The notes beneath the pieces are model-generated. The model was not told the origin of the DNA. It saw only the letters and a list, made by a program, of their open reading frames with translations, and ran no database searches. This document shows positions 9,724 through 20,373 of a stretch of DNA of 64,000 bases, in pieces. Each line of letters opens with the position of its first letter. Within the stretch, counting starts at the first letter, position 1. This stretch comes from Sumerlaeia bacterium (lineage in GTDB: Bacteria > Sumerlaeota > Sumerlaeia > SLMS01 > JAHLLQ01): contig JAVJSW010000042.1 in assembly GCA_040219255.1 (NCBI GenBank), positions 32,001 to 96,000 on the forward strand, given 5' to 3'. A program made the position numbers and the translations under genes.

Positions 9724-12708
9724 TTATTGCATCCGCAGGACTTCGATCACGTCGCCGCTGTCCTCGACCGAGTCCGAATTGACGTCCATGATGCCGGTGG
9801 CGGGCGAACCGTTCAGGTAATTCACCACGCCCTCGAGCTGCGGAATGACCCGGCCGAAAGTCCACCACAGGCCGTATTCGAAATCCGGAATGACGAGGAA
9901 AATCCGGTCGGACCCGGCTGGCGTCAGCCGGTCGTTCATATCCATCCAATACACCGAGGTCCCGGAATTCGACTGGGAATCGGGTCCGCTGAAAAGAATC
10001 ACCGAGTCGTCGCTCGAGTAGTCGGGCTTGCTGAGAATTCCCGCCAAACCCGTCAGCAAACCCACAACTCGGCCGCTGCTGAAGTCGATGCCAAAGATGC
10101 CACTGTCCTGAATCGGCGTGTTCAGCACATCAAAGATCATAATCCGATTGTCACGTGTTGACAAAGTAGGATTGCCAATCAAGATCCCCTGCTCTTGCGG
10201 CGGCAGGAGCGGGAAGAATCGGCCTGTTTCCACATCCAGGATGGTGATGTCCCAGAAATTCTGGTTGGTTCCGTTCGGCCCGGGAAGTACTTTGAAGGCA
10301 TCGAAGGCCACGAACTGATCGTCGAGCCACGCCATCGTGTCCGCCTGCTGCACGATGTCGAGCAGTTGGCCGTCCTGCGACGTCGTGGGGTGCAACAGAG
10401 GGATGACAGAGGTCTGTTGGTCCACCAAGTCCAGCACCACCATCTCGTTGCTGCCTCCGGAGCGAGTCAGCGAGACGCGCCGGCCCGTCGGCGAGATGGA
10501 AACCGAATTCCACCCGGAGGGACTGATCTGAACGGCGTCGAGAACTCGGGGAGACGCATCGATGACATAACCGTAGAGCGAGCCATCGGCGCCGACGATG
10601 AACATCTCGTCGCCAAAGGGACTGACCGCGATAGGCCTGCCGCTCTCAAAATTGACCGGTCGTTCCCCGAAGCCGAAGATCGAGCCTTCCGCGTCATCGA
10701 GCCGGCCGATGAAAGGGAACCCATCGCTGATTTGCGTGAACATCCACAATTGGTCCCCCGCCGGAACCGGAGCCGGTTCGGGCGTCGGCGTGGGGGTGGG
10801 TGTGGGATTGCCGCCGCCGCCGGTGCCGCCGCCGATGCCGACGTCTCCAAAGGCCTTGGAGACCGCCTGCACTTCCGGCGAACCATCGCCGAAGAGGTCG
10901 CGGGCGGCGCGCTCGCAGGCCGCGCGGCATTCCACGAAATTCGAGTTCTTGCCCAAATAGGTGGCCAACGCCCGGTACCAGATCGCACCGGTCTTCTGCC
11001 GGCCGAGAGCCACCATGACCTTGTAAGCCACATGGTTGGGAATACCGGAGTTGATGTGCACGCCGCCGTTGTCCTGATCGATGGTCAGGTCCAGGAACTG
11101 GCTCATGTCCTTGGGCTGCCAGCCGGGCGAATTGAGGCCGGTGCCGCCCTGATTCGGGTTTTCGATGTCGCGCAGGGCGCCGCTCGGGAAAGCCGACAAC
11201 TTGACTACATCCTCGCCCAGGCGGAAATCGTCCTCGTCCACGATGACACCGAAGACATCGGCGAAGGACTCGTTCAGCGCGCCGGACTGGAACCGGTATT
11301 CGAGATTCGCCGTGAACTGGATCACGCCGTGGGACATTTCATGCACCGCCACGTCGAGCGAACGCGCCAGCGGCTCGAAGGCGCGGTTTCCATCCCCGTA
11401 GAACATCGCCGCGCCGTTCCAGAACGCATTGTCCATCGGCTGGCCGTTTTGCGTGACATGGATGATCGAGAAGACCGCCCCGCCAGTGCCATTGAGGGAG
11501 TTGCGGTTGTGCGTCTGGCGGAAGTACTCGAAAGCCCGCGCCCCGTAATCGTGCGCGGAGATCCCCGTGCGGTCGAAGTTACCGTTCTGAGCCGTGACGT
11601 GGAAAATCTGCGCGTCCTGCGTCAGGTCCTTCCCGCGCAGGTCCAGCGTCGTGATCGTGCCGGTGCCTTCGTTCAAGATCTGCTGCGGCGTCAGGTTTCC
11701 AGGGAACATCGGCCGGGATGTATCGACCAAGAATTGCGTCCCGTTGTCCTCGAAGATCTGCAGGGTCACGGTCTCGCCGAGGAGGTTTTGCCCTTGCACC
11801 GTTCCGGCGCCGCCACTGGCCGTGGCGTTGTAGTACTCGAGCACCTTGCCGTCGCTGGCGCGAATGAATCCCCGATACCAATCGATCATGTTGGGCCGGG
11901 TTTCCACCACATAGACCAATTCCACCGGGGCTCCGGCGCTGTGCTGCCAATACTGGAGCCGCGCCACGGGACCCGTGTATCCGAGCAGATCCGCCGCGTG
12001 ATCGGTCAGGAAGAAGTCCGCACCGTCGCGCTCGAGCCGCGCTTCCAGCGCCTCGATCGCCTCCGCTTCGCTCAAGACCGGCGTTTCCGGCCCTTCTTTC
12101 TCCGAGGGCGAAGGCACCACAAAGCCGTTCACGCTTTGCAACTGGCCGGACTTGTCGAAATGCGCCCGCAGTTCACGGCCCCAGAAGGGCAGGCCGTGGC
12201 GGGTCTGCTGGAAAACGATATGCGTCATGCCCAGATCGTCGAACTGTTCGCGTACCTCGACCAGTTCTTTCGCGGGGGCGGCGAGTCGGAAGAGAGCGGG
12301 ATTGTCTTCCAGGAATCGGACGGCGGCGCTGGACAGCTTCTCGCCCGACTTGGCCGCCGCCAGAGACCTGTTCGAGCCACCAGCCTCGACAAAGACCACG
12401 CCGCGCTTCGGATCGGAAACCGTCCGTCGTCCGCCCAGGTCCGTGGTGATGGGCAAGGAGGCGAAATTCTGACCGTTGGGCCGGGCGGCGAAGACCGAGG
12501 GAGCCTTCGCCGGGGAGGATTGCGCCCGCTGCGCCAGGCGGGTCTTCGCAAAGTCCCTCGCCAAGCCGTCCAACTGGGATTTCGACAGCGGTGCCGCCTT
12601 CGTGGCGGGCGGGCTGTAACCGCCTCCATCGGGCATCGCCATCAGAACGCCCTGAGAGAAGGTGAGAGAAAGAAGCGCTCCCCATAGAGCCGCGGACCAA
12701 CGAGTCAT
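9724..12708 (-). CDS. Secreted M4 (thermolysin/bacillolysin) metallopeptidase with FTP/PepSY propeptide, PT linker, C-terminal propeller-like domain and dockerin-like tail
   Basis: DNAFWNG, VAVHEMSHG (HEXXH), GALNESFAD and DNGGVHINSGIPN; signal peptide from ATG 12708. Confidence 0.95.
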   Translation of the reverse strand: MTRWSAALWGALLSLTFSQGVLMAMPDGGGYSPPATKAAPLSKSQLDGLARDFAKTRLAQRAQSSPAKAPSVFAARPNGQNFASLPITTDLGGRRTVSDPKRGVVFVEAGGSNRSLAAAKSGEKLSSAAVRFLEDNPALFRLAAPAKELVEVREQFDDLGMTHIVFQQTRHGLPFWGRELRAHFDKSGQLQSVNGFVVPSPSEKEGPETPVLSEAEAIEALEARLERDGADFFLTDHAADLLGYTGPVARLQYWQHSAGAPVELVYVVETRPNMIDWYRGFIRASDGKVLEYYNATASGGAGTVQGQNLLGETVTLQIFEDNGTQFLVDTSRPMFPGNLTPQQILNEGTGTITTLDLRGKDLTQDAQIFHVTAQNGNFDRTGISAHDYGARAFEYFRQTHNRNSLNGTGGAVFSIIHVTQNGQPMDNAFWNGAAMFYGDGNRAFEPLARSLDVAVHEMSHGVIQFTANLEYRFQSGALNESFADVFGVIVDEDDFRLGEDVVKLSAFPSGALRDIENPNQGGTGLNSPGWQPKDMSQFLDLTIDQDNGGVHINSGIPNHVAYKVMVALGRQKTGAIWYRALATYLGKNSNFVECRAACERAARDLFGDGSPEVQAVSKAFGDVGIGGGTGGGGNPTPTPTPTPEPAPVPAGDQLWMFTQISDGFPFIGRLDDAEGSIFGFGERPVNFESGRPIAVSPFGDEMFIVGADGSLYGYVIDASPRVLDAVQISPSGWNSVSISPTGRRVSLTRSGGSNEMVVLDLVDQQTSVIPLLHPTTSQDGQLLDIVQQADTMAWLDDQFVAFDAFKVLPGPNGTNQNFWDITILDVETGRFFPLLPPQEQGILIGNPTLSTRDNRIMIFDVLNTPIQDSGIFGIDFSSGRVVGLLTGLAGILSKPDYSSDDSVILFSGPDSQSNSGTSVYWMDMNDRLTPAGSDRIFLVIPDFEYGLWWTFGRVIPQLEGVVNYLNGSPATGIMDVNSDSVEDSGDVIEVLRMQ

Positions 12709-12839
12709 CTGAGCCTTAGTTCCAGTCTCTGAGTTAGTACGAAAGCAAGAGCCGGTTTCGTAGATGATAGGAAACCATTTCCCGTCCACTGTGGACAATC
12801 GGATTCGCGAAAGGTTTCAAAAAAAATCCGCAAGCTCCC

Positions 12840-12868
12840 TTGATTGCCTGTCCGCCGTTTGCTATAGA
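12840..12868 (+). promoter_or_regulatory. Putative sigma70 promoter for the alpha/beta hydrolase
   Basis: TTGATT-N17-TATAGA with TG extension, preceded by an A-tract, about 80 bp upstream of ATG 12948. Confidence 0.5.
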
Positions 12869-12947
12869 CCTGTGGGTTGGATTACGCGAAGCGTTTTCAC
12901 GCCTCGCGCCCGCTCCTCATCGAATCCGCATGGGACATTGAAAAGTC

Positions 12948-13907
12948 ATGGGTTACGCAGCGACACAAGTCATCCCGGACGAGACCCGCGGCCGGTCTCC
13001 CCGGGCGCGTTTCCCCCAATACGCGGACTCCTTCGGCTGGCTCGCCTTTCCACCGTCCCGCACCCTGCCCTTCAAGAAAACACGCGGCCGGACTCTGCTG
13101 ATTCATGTGTTCCTGCCTCCCCGCTGGAAAGCCTCCGACCGCCGGCCAGCCATCGTTTACCTCCATGGCGGCTCCTGGGTCGTCGGCACACCTTCCCAGT
13201 TCTTCCCTCAGGCCTTCCACTTCGCCCAGCTTGGAATGGTCACCGCCTGCCCCGAATACCGCCTGTGGGGACGAGACCGTGCCACGCCCTTCGCTGGGGT
13301 GCGAGACAGCCGGTCGGCGATCCGGTGGCTGCGCGAGAACGCCGCGAACCTCGGCGTCGATCCCACACGCGTCATCGTGGCGGGAGGCTCGGCCGGCGGA
13401 CACCTGGCCGCCTGCGCCAGCGTCATTCCCGAAGAACAAGCCCCCAACGAAGCCGAAGCGCGGGACTGCGCGCCACCGGCCGCCATGATCCTGTACAATC
13501 CGGTGCTGGATTTGCGCAGCCAGGCCTGGAAAGCCACCTTCACCCGCGAACTCTTCGGCCCCGTTTCCCGCGTCATCTGGAGCGCCTACGACCCTGTCGC
13601 GCGCCAGCTTTCTCCCCACTCCTATCTACGGCCCGGCCTGCCGCCCGCCCTGATCATTCATGGCGAAGACGATCGCGTCGTGCCCCATATCCAGTCCCGG
13701 CGCTTCACCGAAGACTCCAGCGCCGCGGGCAACGACTGCCAGCTCATCAGCTATCCCCATTCCGGCCACGCCTTCCACAACTACGGCTTCCACCCAACCA
13801 ACCGGCCCTTCCACGAATGCCTGCGCCACGTCGAAGATTTCCTGGGCGAGCGCGGCCTGCTGGCAGAGGAACCTTGTCCCATGCTTTCCGTTGACGAGTC
13901 CGCTTAA
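12948..13907 (+). CDS. Alpha/beta hydrolase (esterase/lipase, BD-FAE-like)
   Basis: YLHGGSW oxyanion motif, GGSAGG nucleophile, HGEDDRVVP and GHAF. Confidence 0.92.
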   Translation: MGYAATQVIPDETRGRSPRARFPQYADSFGWLAFPPSRTLPFKKTRGRTLLIHVFLPPRWKASDRRPAIVYLHGGSWVVGTPSQFFPQAFHFAQLGMVTACPEYRLWGRDRATPFAGVRDSRSAIRWLRENAANLGVDPTRVIVAGGSAGGHLAACASVIPEEQAPNEAEARDCAPPAAMILYNPVLDLRSQAWKATFTRELFGPVSRVIWSAYDPVARQLSPHSYLRPGLPPALIIHGEDDRVVPHIQSRRFTEDSSAAGNDCQLISYPHSGHAFHNYGFHPTNRPFHECLRHVEDFLGERGLLAEEPCPMLSVDESA

Positions 13908-13972
13908 TCTCTTCAGTGTCAAATTTCAAACCGGTGGCCTACACTGGACCGACCAAGTGAGGATCAGACTCG

Positions 13973-15160
13973 ATGGGCTCGCAAACCCGCTTTCCGACAC
14001 AAGACGGCACCTCGACCGCTTACCAGACCCAGCGGGAGCAGACCTGGACGAAACTCCCCCGGTCCCCCGTCTGGGTGCTCGCCGGGCCCGCCGCCATCAA
14101 GCAGGTGGAAGAACGCTACTCACCCGGTGACAATCCGCCCCACTATATTCCCTGCGGCGAAGAAGAGCGGATGCTGGTCGATCTGATCGGCGAAGGCATT
14201 CCGGTCGTGCTGACAGGGCCTCCCGGTATCGGCAAGACCACCCTGATCCGCTCGGTCTTCTGGCGCCTCGGTTTCCCGCTCCAGACCTTCCTGGCCACCG
14301 CCGCCACCCAGAACCACGAACTGATGGGCCGTATGGGCGAAGCGGGCGAAGGCGGAGAACTGGCCACCTGGCGCGATGGCCGTCTGTCCCTCGCCGTCCG
14401 CGCCGCCTACGCCGGGTTGAAGAACGGATTCTACCTCGACGAAGTCATCAAACTGCCGCCGGAACTCGCTTCCACGCTCTACTCGCTGCTCGACTCGCGC
14501 GGGACGCTTTCACTGCCCACCGGCGAGGAAATGGAAACGAGAGGCAATCTGCGCCTCGTCTTCTCCTACAACCCCTCGCGAACCTTGCGGCTCGACGAGG
14601 CCCTTCGCAGCCGTCTCACCGCCATCCGTATGAATTATCCCCCGCCCAAAATCGAGGAAGACGTGCTTTGCTCACCCGACCTGGGCGGCCTCGAAAGCAT
14701 CAAGAGCGGCCGGGAGATCGCCCGTGGCCTCGTCAAATTCGCCAACGTCATTCGCAAAGCCCAGGGTTACGAAATCCACGACGACCTGCCCCGGCTCCAC
14801 GACCGCGCCATCGAACTGCTGCGCCTGCTCGGCGGCCCGCCCAGCGCCCGCACCCTTCTCGTCGTCGCCAAGATGGTACGCCGCGGCAGCTATAGCGTCC
14901 GCGAAGCCACAGAATTCTTCCTGATTCCTTCCCTGACCCAGGACATCCACGACTTCGAGATGATGGATTTGGTGAAGCTGCTGCGCCGCATGGCCGACGA
15001 ACTCCTGCCCCGCCAACCCGCGACGCTCGACCTCGACAAACTCGCCGCGATGGGCGAGGAGGAGCCGGAGCATGCTCCGGAACACGACCGTGGCACGGAT
15101 TATTCTCAGATCGCCAGTCAGGTGATGCGCCAGTTGGAAATGCAGCGGAAGCGGATCTGA
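13973..15160 (+). CDS. CbbQ/NirQ/NorQ/GvpN-type MoxR AAA+ ATPase
   Basis: HYIPCGEE N-terminus, Walker A GPPGIGKT, WRDGRL, Walker B FYLDE, SYNP, LDEALRSR and NYPP. Confidence 0.85.
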   Translation: MGSQTRFPTQDGTSTAYQTQREQTWTKLPRSPVWVLAGPAAIKQVEERYSPGDNPPHYIPCGEEERMLVDLIGEGIPVVLTGPPGIGKTTLIRSVFWRLGFPLQTFLATAATQNHELMGRMGEAGEGGELATWRDGRLSLAVRAAYAGLKNGFYLDEVIKLPPELASTLYSLLDSRGTLSLPTGEEMETRGNLRLVFSYNPSRTLRLDEALRSRLTAIRMNYPPPKIEEDVLCSPDLGGLESIKSGREIARGLVKFANVIRKAQGYEIHDDLPRLHDRAIELLRLLGGPPSARTLLVVAKMVRRGSYSVREATEFFLIPSLTQDIHDFEMMDLVKLLRRMADELLPRQPATLDLDKLAAMGEEEPEHAPEHDRGTDYSQIASQVMRQLEMQRKRI

Positions 15161-15187
15161 CGCCGTGCCCTCCCGCTGGGTTCGCGT

Positions 15188-16567
15188 TCAAACATCCCCG
15201 TCTCGCCGACCGGCGATGAAATAGGCGATGGCGCAAACGACGAACAGATAGAGAATCTGAAACAGGTCCATCGAATAGCGCAGCGCCGTGAAGGGCGAAA
15301 TGAAAGGCCACGACTTCGTGTTCGCGATCATCTTGTCGATGTCCTCAAAGCTCATTTGCTGAACACGAATTAGGACAAAAAGCGGGTGATAGTCCTCGCG
15401 GAATTCAAGGATTTCCTCCTCGGACACGTACTCCCAACTCGGAGCGTCCGTGAAATCCCACTGCACCATGAAGATGGCCGTGTCCCTGGGCCCCGCGATA
15501 CCGAAGTAATCCACGGCGAACCGCGTCGGTTGCCACTTACCGGCCTCCGAGCACTCGGCGATTTTCTCCCACTGGGCCGCCGAGTCGGGCTTGTTCAACA
15601 CAGGACCCAGCATCACGATACCAAGCATCGCGTTCAGTGTCAGCATCGCAACGACGACCGTTCCGATACAGAAAAGTCCATTCAGCCGCCCACGGCCGCC
15701 CAAATAGGACGACGTCCATCCGATAAACCAGCCGTGCAGGATCATCCCGAAAGGAATGCCCATCCCCATGACCATCGCGAAAGCTACCTGGAGCACGAGA
15801 CCGCCGATGGTGGCGGCGATCGTCCCGATAATCGACAACGGCGTGATCGTGTTCTGTACCTTGACATTCTCCAGCGCCGCGTTGATCGCGTCATCCATAT
15901 TGGCGGGCCTCTGCGCAGCACCGCCAGGCGGGTTGTAATCGGGCCGGGCCGGTTGCGCCCCAAAGCTGGCCACGCCACCCGAAGCGGAAGACCCCCGGCC
16001 ATGAGGATGCTCCCCATCGACATGGGGGGCGCCGTGACCCTGGAGGCTCTTGCCACCCACGATGTACTGGGTCTGCCATGCCGGAACGGGTTCCTCGACC
16101 GGAGCCCCCATGGCCTGCGGCGTGCCCGCATCGACAGCCGCGGGCTGCCCCGCCGGTGACACGCCGGGAACGGGGGGCGGCATCCCCGGAGCCATCGCCG
16201 GAGGAGGCGGTGATCCGGAGGACGCGGAGACATGCGCCGGCCGAGGCGGCGGCGGTGAAGGAGGCGCCGAAGAGGCTTGACCCACCGGAGCGGGAGGAAT
16301 TGGCACCGGCTTGGGCGACAGCCCGCTCGACACCGGGGGCGGCGTGAAGCTCGGCTTGGGAATCGCGGGCCGTGAAATCGGCGGCGGCGGCAAAGGCGTA
16401 TGGCGCTTGAAGTGGGACGTGGAATCCAGCGGCGGAGAATCCGGCGGCGGCGGTGGAAGATCCTCATCCACCTCGCTCGACTCCTCCACCTCCGGATCGG
16501 CAAAGCGATAGGGTCCGTCCGCCGGTGTCGGCTTGAACGGAAATGACGATTCTGGATTGGGAGCCAT
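15188..16567 (-). CDS. Membrane protein with a long Pro-rich N-terminal region
   Basis: About 220 aa Pro-rich disordered N-terminus followed by several hydrophobic TM segments. Confidence 0.7.
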   Translation of the reverse strand: MAPNPESSFPFKPTPADGPYRFADPEVEESSEVDEDLPPPPPDSPPLDSTSHFKRHTPLPPPPISRPAIPKPSFTPPPVSSGLSPKPVPIPPAPVGQASSAPPSPPPPRPAHVSASSGSPPPPAMAPGMPPPVPGVSPAGQPAAVDAGTPQAMGAPVEEPVPAWQTQYIVGGKSLQGHGAPHVDGEHPHGRGSSASGGVASFGAQPARPDYNPPGGAAQRPANMDDAINAALENVKVQNTITPLSIIGTIAATIGGLVLQVAFAMVMGMGIPFGMILHGWFIGWTSSYLGGRGRLNGLFCIGTVVVAMLTLNAMLGIVMLGPVLNKPDSAAQWEKIAECSEAGKWQPTRFAVDYFGIAGPRDTAIFMVQWDFTDAPSWEYVSEEEILEFREDYHPLFVLIRVQQMSFEDIDKMIANTKSWPFISPFTALRYSMDLFQILYLFVVCAIAYFIAGRRDGDV

Positions 16568-16914
16568 AGTTTGAACTCCTCGCTTGGTGTACGAAGGACA
16601 ATACGAAGCCGCGTTCCCGCTTATTCACGCAATGGACAAAAAAAATCCCGGTCTCTCTACCCGATCAAGGGGAAGCTGCGATGGTCAACCCCTTCCTCAC
16701 CGGGAATTCGCGAAGGCCGGCCCGGACGGAAATCGTCCCGCATCGTGACCCGGTGGCCGTTCGCGTCCGGCGGCCAAGAATGATAAAGCGCTCTCCCACA
16801 TGGCGCGCCCCCGCGACATAGCGGCCTTTGACGAGCGGACTGAAGTCGAGGACCCTGCCATCCCTCCGCGTCCGCGATGCGGAGTCCATTGCCATTCCTC
16901 GAGGGCCGCTTTTC

Positions 16915-18801
16915 ATGACCCTGTTTACCCCGGACAAAATCCGCAACCTCGCCATCATCGCTCACATCGATCACGGCAAAACCACACTGATCGATTCGAT
17001 TTTCCGCTCGGCCCACCTCTGGCGCGACAACCAGCAGGTTGCCGAACGCGTGATGGACAGCAACGATCTCGAGCGCGAGCGTGGCATCACCATCCGCTCC
17101 AAGAACTGCGCCATCGAATGGAAGGACTACCGCATCAATATCGTCGATACGCCGGGCCACGCCGACTTCAGCGGCGAAGTCGAGCGCGTCCTCTCCGTCG
17201 TCGATAGCGTTCTGCTTCTTGTCGACGCCAACGAAGGCCCCATGCCCCAGACCCGCTATGTGCTGATGCGGGCATTGCGGCGCGGGCTGCACCCGATCGT
17301 CGTCGTCAACAAGGTCGACCGTCCGCAGGCCAACCCCCCGGGCGCCCTCAACAAGACCTTCGATCTCTTCATCGAACTCGGCGCCAACGACGAGCAGTGC
17401 GATTTCCCCGTGCTCTACGGTTCGGGTCTGAACGGCTGGCTCGTGCGCGACCTCGAGAAGGACAAGCACGAGGGCATGGAAGCGCTCTTCGAAACCATCG
17501 TCGAGAAGGTCCCGCCCCCGGCCGTCGAGGACGACGCCCCCTTCCGCATGCAGGTCACAACCCTGGACTGGAGCGACTACGTCGGCCGCATCGGCGCCGG
17601 GCGGATCCTGTCGGGCCGGTTGAAGATCGGCGATCCGATCGTGCAGACCTCGGCGAAATGGGACAATTACGATAAGACTTCCTGGTCCGTGACGGGCCGC
17701 TCCACCTCGCGCATCACCAAGCTTTGGGTCACCCAGGGCCTTGAGCGCGAGGAAGTCGAGGTGGCCAACGCGGGCGACATCGTCTCCTTCGCCGGCCCCG
17801 ACGAAATCAGCCTTGGCGACACCATTTCCGCCCCCTCCTACGAGGACCCGGAAATGCAGCCCCTGGAAATCGAAGAACCCACCGTCAGCATGTTCTTCCT
17901 CGTCAACAGCGGCCCTTTCTCGGGCGAGGAAGGCAATGCGGTCACGCTGCGCCAAGTCAAGCAGCGCCTCGACCGTGAACTGCGCACCAACGTGGGTCTG
18001 CGCGTCGAAGACATCGGCCGCGCCGACGGCGTCAAGGTCAGCGGCCGTGGCGAACTGCACCTCGGCATTCTGATCGAGGAAATGCGCCGCGAAGGCATGG
18101 AACTTTGCGTGTCCCGCCCCGAAGTTATCACCCGCGAAGAAAACGGCACCCTGATGGAGCCGATGGAAAAAGCCATCGTCGAAGTCCCGGAAGATTACCA
18201 GGGCGCCGTCATCAGCAAGCTGTCGCTGCGCAAGGGCGAGCTGATCCACATGGAGCCCACCGGCACCGGCGTGGTGCGCCTGGAATTCGACATTCCGACC
18301 CGTGGCCTGATTGGATATCGCACGGAATTCCTGACCGATACGCGCGGCCTGGGCATCCTGACGAGCCGCTTTGTGGGCTACGGCCCCTGGCGCGGCGAGG
18401 TCATTTCGCGCTCGCGCGGCAGCATGATCTCCATGGAAACCGGCGCGGCCACCTCTTACAGCCTCGAAAACCTGCAAACCCGCGGTTCGCTCTTCGTCAA
18501 GCCGATGGACAAGGTGTACCTCGGCCAGGTCATCGGCGAGCACAGCCGCCCCGACGACTTGACTTGTAACCCCTGCAAACGGAAGCAGTTGACCAACCAT
18601 CGCTCGGCCAACAAGGAACTCGACACGGGACTCGACGTGCCGCGCACGCTCAGCCTGGACGGCGCTCTGGAGTGGATCGCCGACGACGAGTTGGTGGAAA
18701 TCACCCCCGACTCCATCCGCGTCCGCAAAGCCATCCTGAACGCGGAAGAGCGCAAGAAGGCGGAGAAGAAAGTGCAGCAGTTGGCGGCGGCGGCGCGGTA
18801 A
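16915..18801 (+). CDS. typA: Translational GTPase TypA/BipA
   Basis: [49 protein letters not shown] and [11 protein letters not shown]. Confidence 0.97.
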   Translation: MTLFTPDKIRNLAIIAHIDHGKTTLIDSIFRSAHLWRDNQQVAERVMDSNDLERERGITIRSKNCAIEWKDYRINIVDTPGHADFSGEVERVLSVVDSVLLLVDANEGPMPQTRYVLMRALRRGLHPIVVVNKVDRPQANPPGALNKTFDLFIELGANDEQCDFPVLYGSGLNGWLVRDLEKDKHEGMEALFETIVEKVPPPAVEDDAPFRMQVTTLDWSDYVGRIGAGRILSGRLKIGDPIVQTSAKWDNYDKTSWSVTGRSTSRITKLWVTQGLEREEVEVANAGDIVSFAGPDEISLGDTISAPSYEDPEMQPLEIEEPTVSMFFLVNSGPFSGEEGNAVTLRQVKQRLDRELRTNVGLRVEDIGRADGVKVSGRGELHLGILIEEMRREGMELCVSRPEVITREENGTLMEPMEKAIVEVPEDYQGAVISKLSLRKGELIHMEPTGTGVVRLEFDIPTRGLIGYRTEFLTDTRGLGILTSRFVGYGPWRGEVISRSRGSMISMETGAATSYSLENLQTRGSLFVKPMDKVYLGQVIGEHSRPDDLTCNPCKRKQLTNHRSANKELDTGLDVPRTLSLDGALEWIADDELVEITPDSIRVRKAILNAEERKKAEKKVQQLAAAAR

Positions 18802-18821
18802 CATGGCCATCCTTGGCCATG
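18798..18821 (+). repeat. REP-like palindrome
   Basis: GTAA foot followed by CATGGCCA-TCCT-TGGCCATG, a perfect 8-bp stem at the typA stop between convergent genes. Confidence 0.5.
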
Positions 18822-18924
18822 ACCTGCCACGCTTTCACTCGGAATTGTCCTGACGGACTTCGAAGGATCAGTGAAGGGTTGAGCGGCTAAGGGAATCAAA
18901 GTGATCCAAGGTCACTCTTACTCC

Positions 18925-20193
18925 CTACGCCGGCTGCTTCTTCTCGCGCCGCACGTACACCGGGTCGTCGTTCCCCAGGACGGTCGCCGCGGTGATCCGC
19001 ACTTCCGAAAAGTCGTCGGAGCGCGTCGGCAGATCGAACATGATTTCCAGCATCATGCTCTCCATGATCGCGCGCAGGCTGCGCGCGCCGGTCTTCATGT
19101 CGATGGCTTGGCGGGCGATTTCGCGGATGGCTTCGTCCTCGAACGACAAATCCACGCCGTCCATCTCGAAGAGTTTTTGATACTGGCGGATCAACGCATT
19201 CTTCGGCTCCGTCAGGATTCGCACCAGCTCTTCCTCGCCCAGTTCGGTCAGCGTCGCCGCCACCGGGAAGCGTCCGACGAATTCGGGAATGAGTCCGAAC
19301 TGAATCAAATCGTGGTACGTCACCTGGGCCAGCGTCTGGCCCAGATCGACGTCCTTAGCCGACCGGATGTCGGCGCCAAAGCCCATGGTGCGCTGCTCGG
19401 TGCGGCGGCGAATGATGTCGGTCAAGCCGTTGAACGCCCCGCCCGCGATGAACAGGATGTTCGTCGTGTCCAGGCGGATGTATTCCTGGTGCGGGTGTTT
19501 GCGCCCGCCGGTGGGCGGGATGTTCGCCACGGTGCCTTCCAGGATTTTCAGCAGCGCCTGCTGCACGCCCTCGCCGGAAACGTCTCGCGTGATCGAGACG
19601 TTTTGCGTGGTGCGATGGACTTTGTCGATTTCGTCGATGTAGATGATGCCCTTCTGGGCGCGCTCGACATCGCCGTCGGCATTCTGGAGCAGCCGCAGCA
19701 GAATGTTCTCCACGTCCTCGCCCACATAGCCCGCCTGGGTCAGCGTCGTCGCGTCGGCGATGGCGAAGGGCACATCGAGCGTCCGCGCCAACGTCTGGGC
19801 CAGCAGCGTCTTGCCGCAACCGGTGGGGCCGATCAGCAGGATGTTGGACTTCTGCAACTCGACGTCATCGTCGGGGTCGCGCTCGGCGTGCGACAGTAGA
19901 CGCTTATAATGGTTGTAGACCGCGACCGAGAGCACGCGCTTGCAGCGTTCCTGGCTGATGACGTAGGAATCGAGGTTGCCGTAGATTTCCTGGGGTGAAG
20001 GCAGATTCTTGAGGGACTGCGGTTCGTTGGGTTCCGTGCGGTTGGACTCGTCGCGGCTGAGTCGCTCGTTGCAGGTCGTCACGCATTCGTCGCAAATGTA
20101 CACGCTGCCCATGCCCTCTTTGGTCGTCAGACCTTTGAAGAGGGTGCGGACCTGATGTTGATCGCGGCCGCAAAAGGAACAGCGCAAACGCAT
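18925..20193 (-). CDS. clpX: ATP-dependent Clp protease ATP-binding subunit ClpX
   Basis: CSFC...ICDEC zinc-binding domain, [28 protein letters not shown] and MGF (IGF) loop. Confidence 0.98.
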   Translation of the reverse strand: MRLRCSFCGRDQHQVRTLFKGLTTKEGMGSVYICDECVTTCNERLSRDESNRTEPNEPQSLKNLPSPQEIYGNLDSYVISQERCKRVLSVAVYNHYKRLLSHAERDPDDDVELQKSNILLIGPTGCGKTLLAQTLARTLDVPFAIADATTLTQAGYVGEDVENILLRLLQNADGDVERAQKGIIYIDEIDKVHRTTQNVSITRDVSGEGVQQALLKILEGTVANIPPTGGRKHPHQEYIRLDTTNILFIAGGAFNGLTDIIRRRTEQRTMGFGADIRSAKDVDLGQTLAQVTYHDLIQFGLIPEFVGRFPVAATLTELGEEELVRILTEPKNALIRQYQKLFEMDGVDLSFEDEAIREIARQAIDMKTGARSLRAIMESMMLEIMFDLPTRSDDFSEVRITAATVLGNDDPVYVRREKKQPA

Positions 20194-20292
20194 GGTGGTC
20201 TCCCACGAAAAAGTTCACCGTCATCTAACGGGGGTGAGGACACCCGGGCAACGACAAATGGCTCTGCCGCCCCCAGAACCCACCAATAGAGC

Positions 20293-20322
20293 ATTCTTCG
20301 TGCCCGGGGCCGATGCTGTCAA
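20293..20322 (-). promoter_or_regulatory. Putative sigma70 promoter upstream of clpX
   Basis: Minus strand TTGACA-N18-AAGAAT in the plsY-clpX gap. Confidence 0.35.
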
Positions 20323-20373
20323 TTCGCTTTACCACTGAACAATAGACCCGTTGTGACTTACGCCGTGGGCGCT

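Noticed and set aside
10760-10840. Short tandem repeats suggesting an array
   Set aside because: They encode the Gly/Pro-Thr linker of the M4 peptidase; not CRISPR or VNTR
18925-20193. clpX without adjacent clpP/tig
   Set aside because: Operon scattering is general in this window (trp, que, grpE, hprK); not informative by itself
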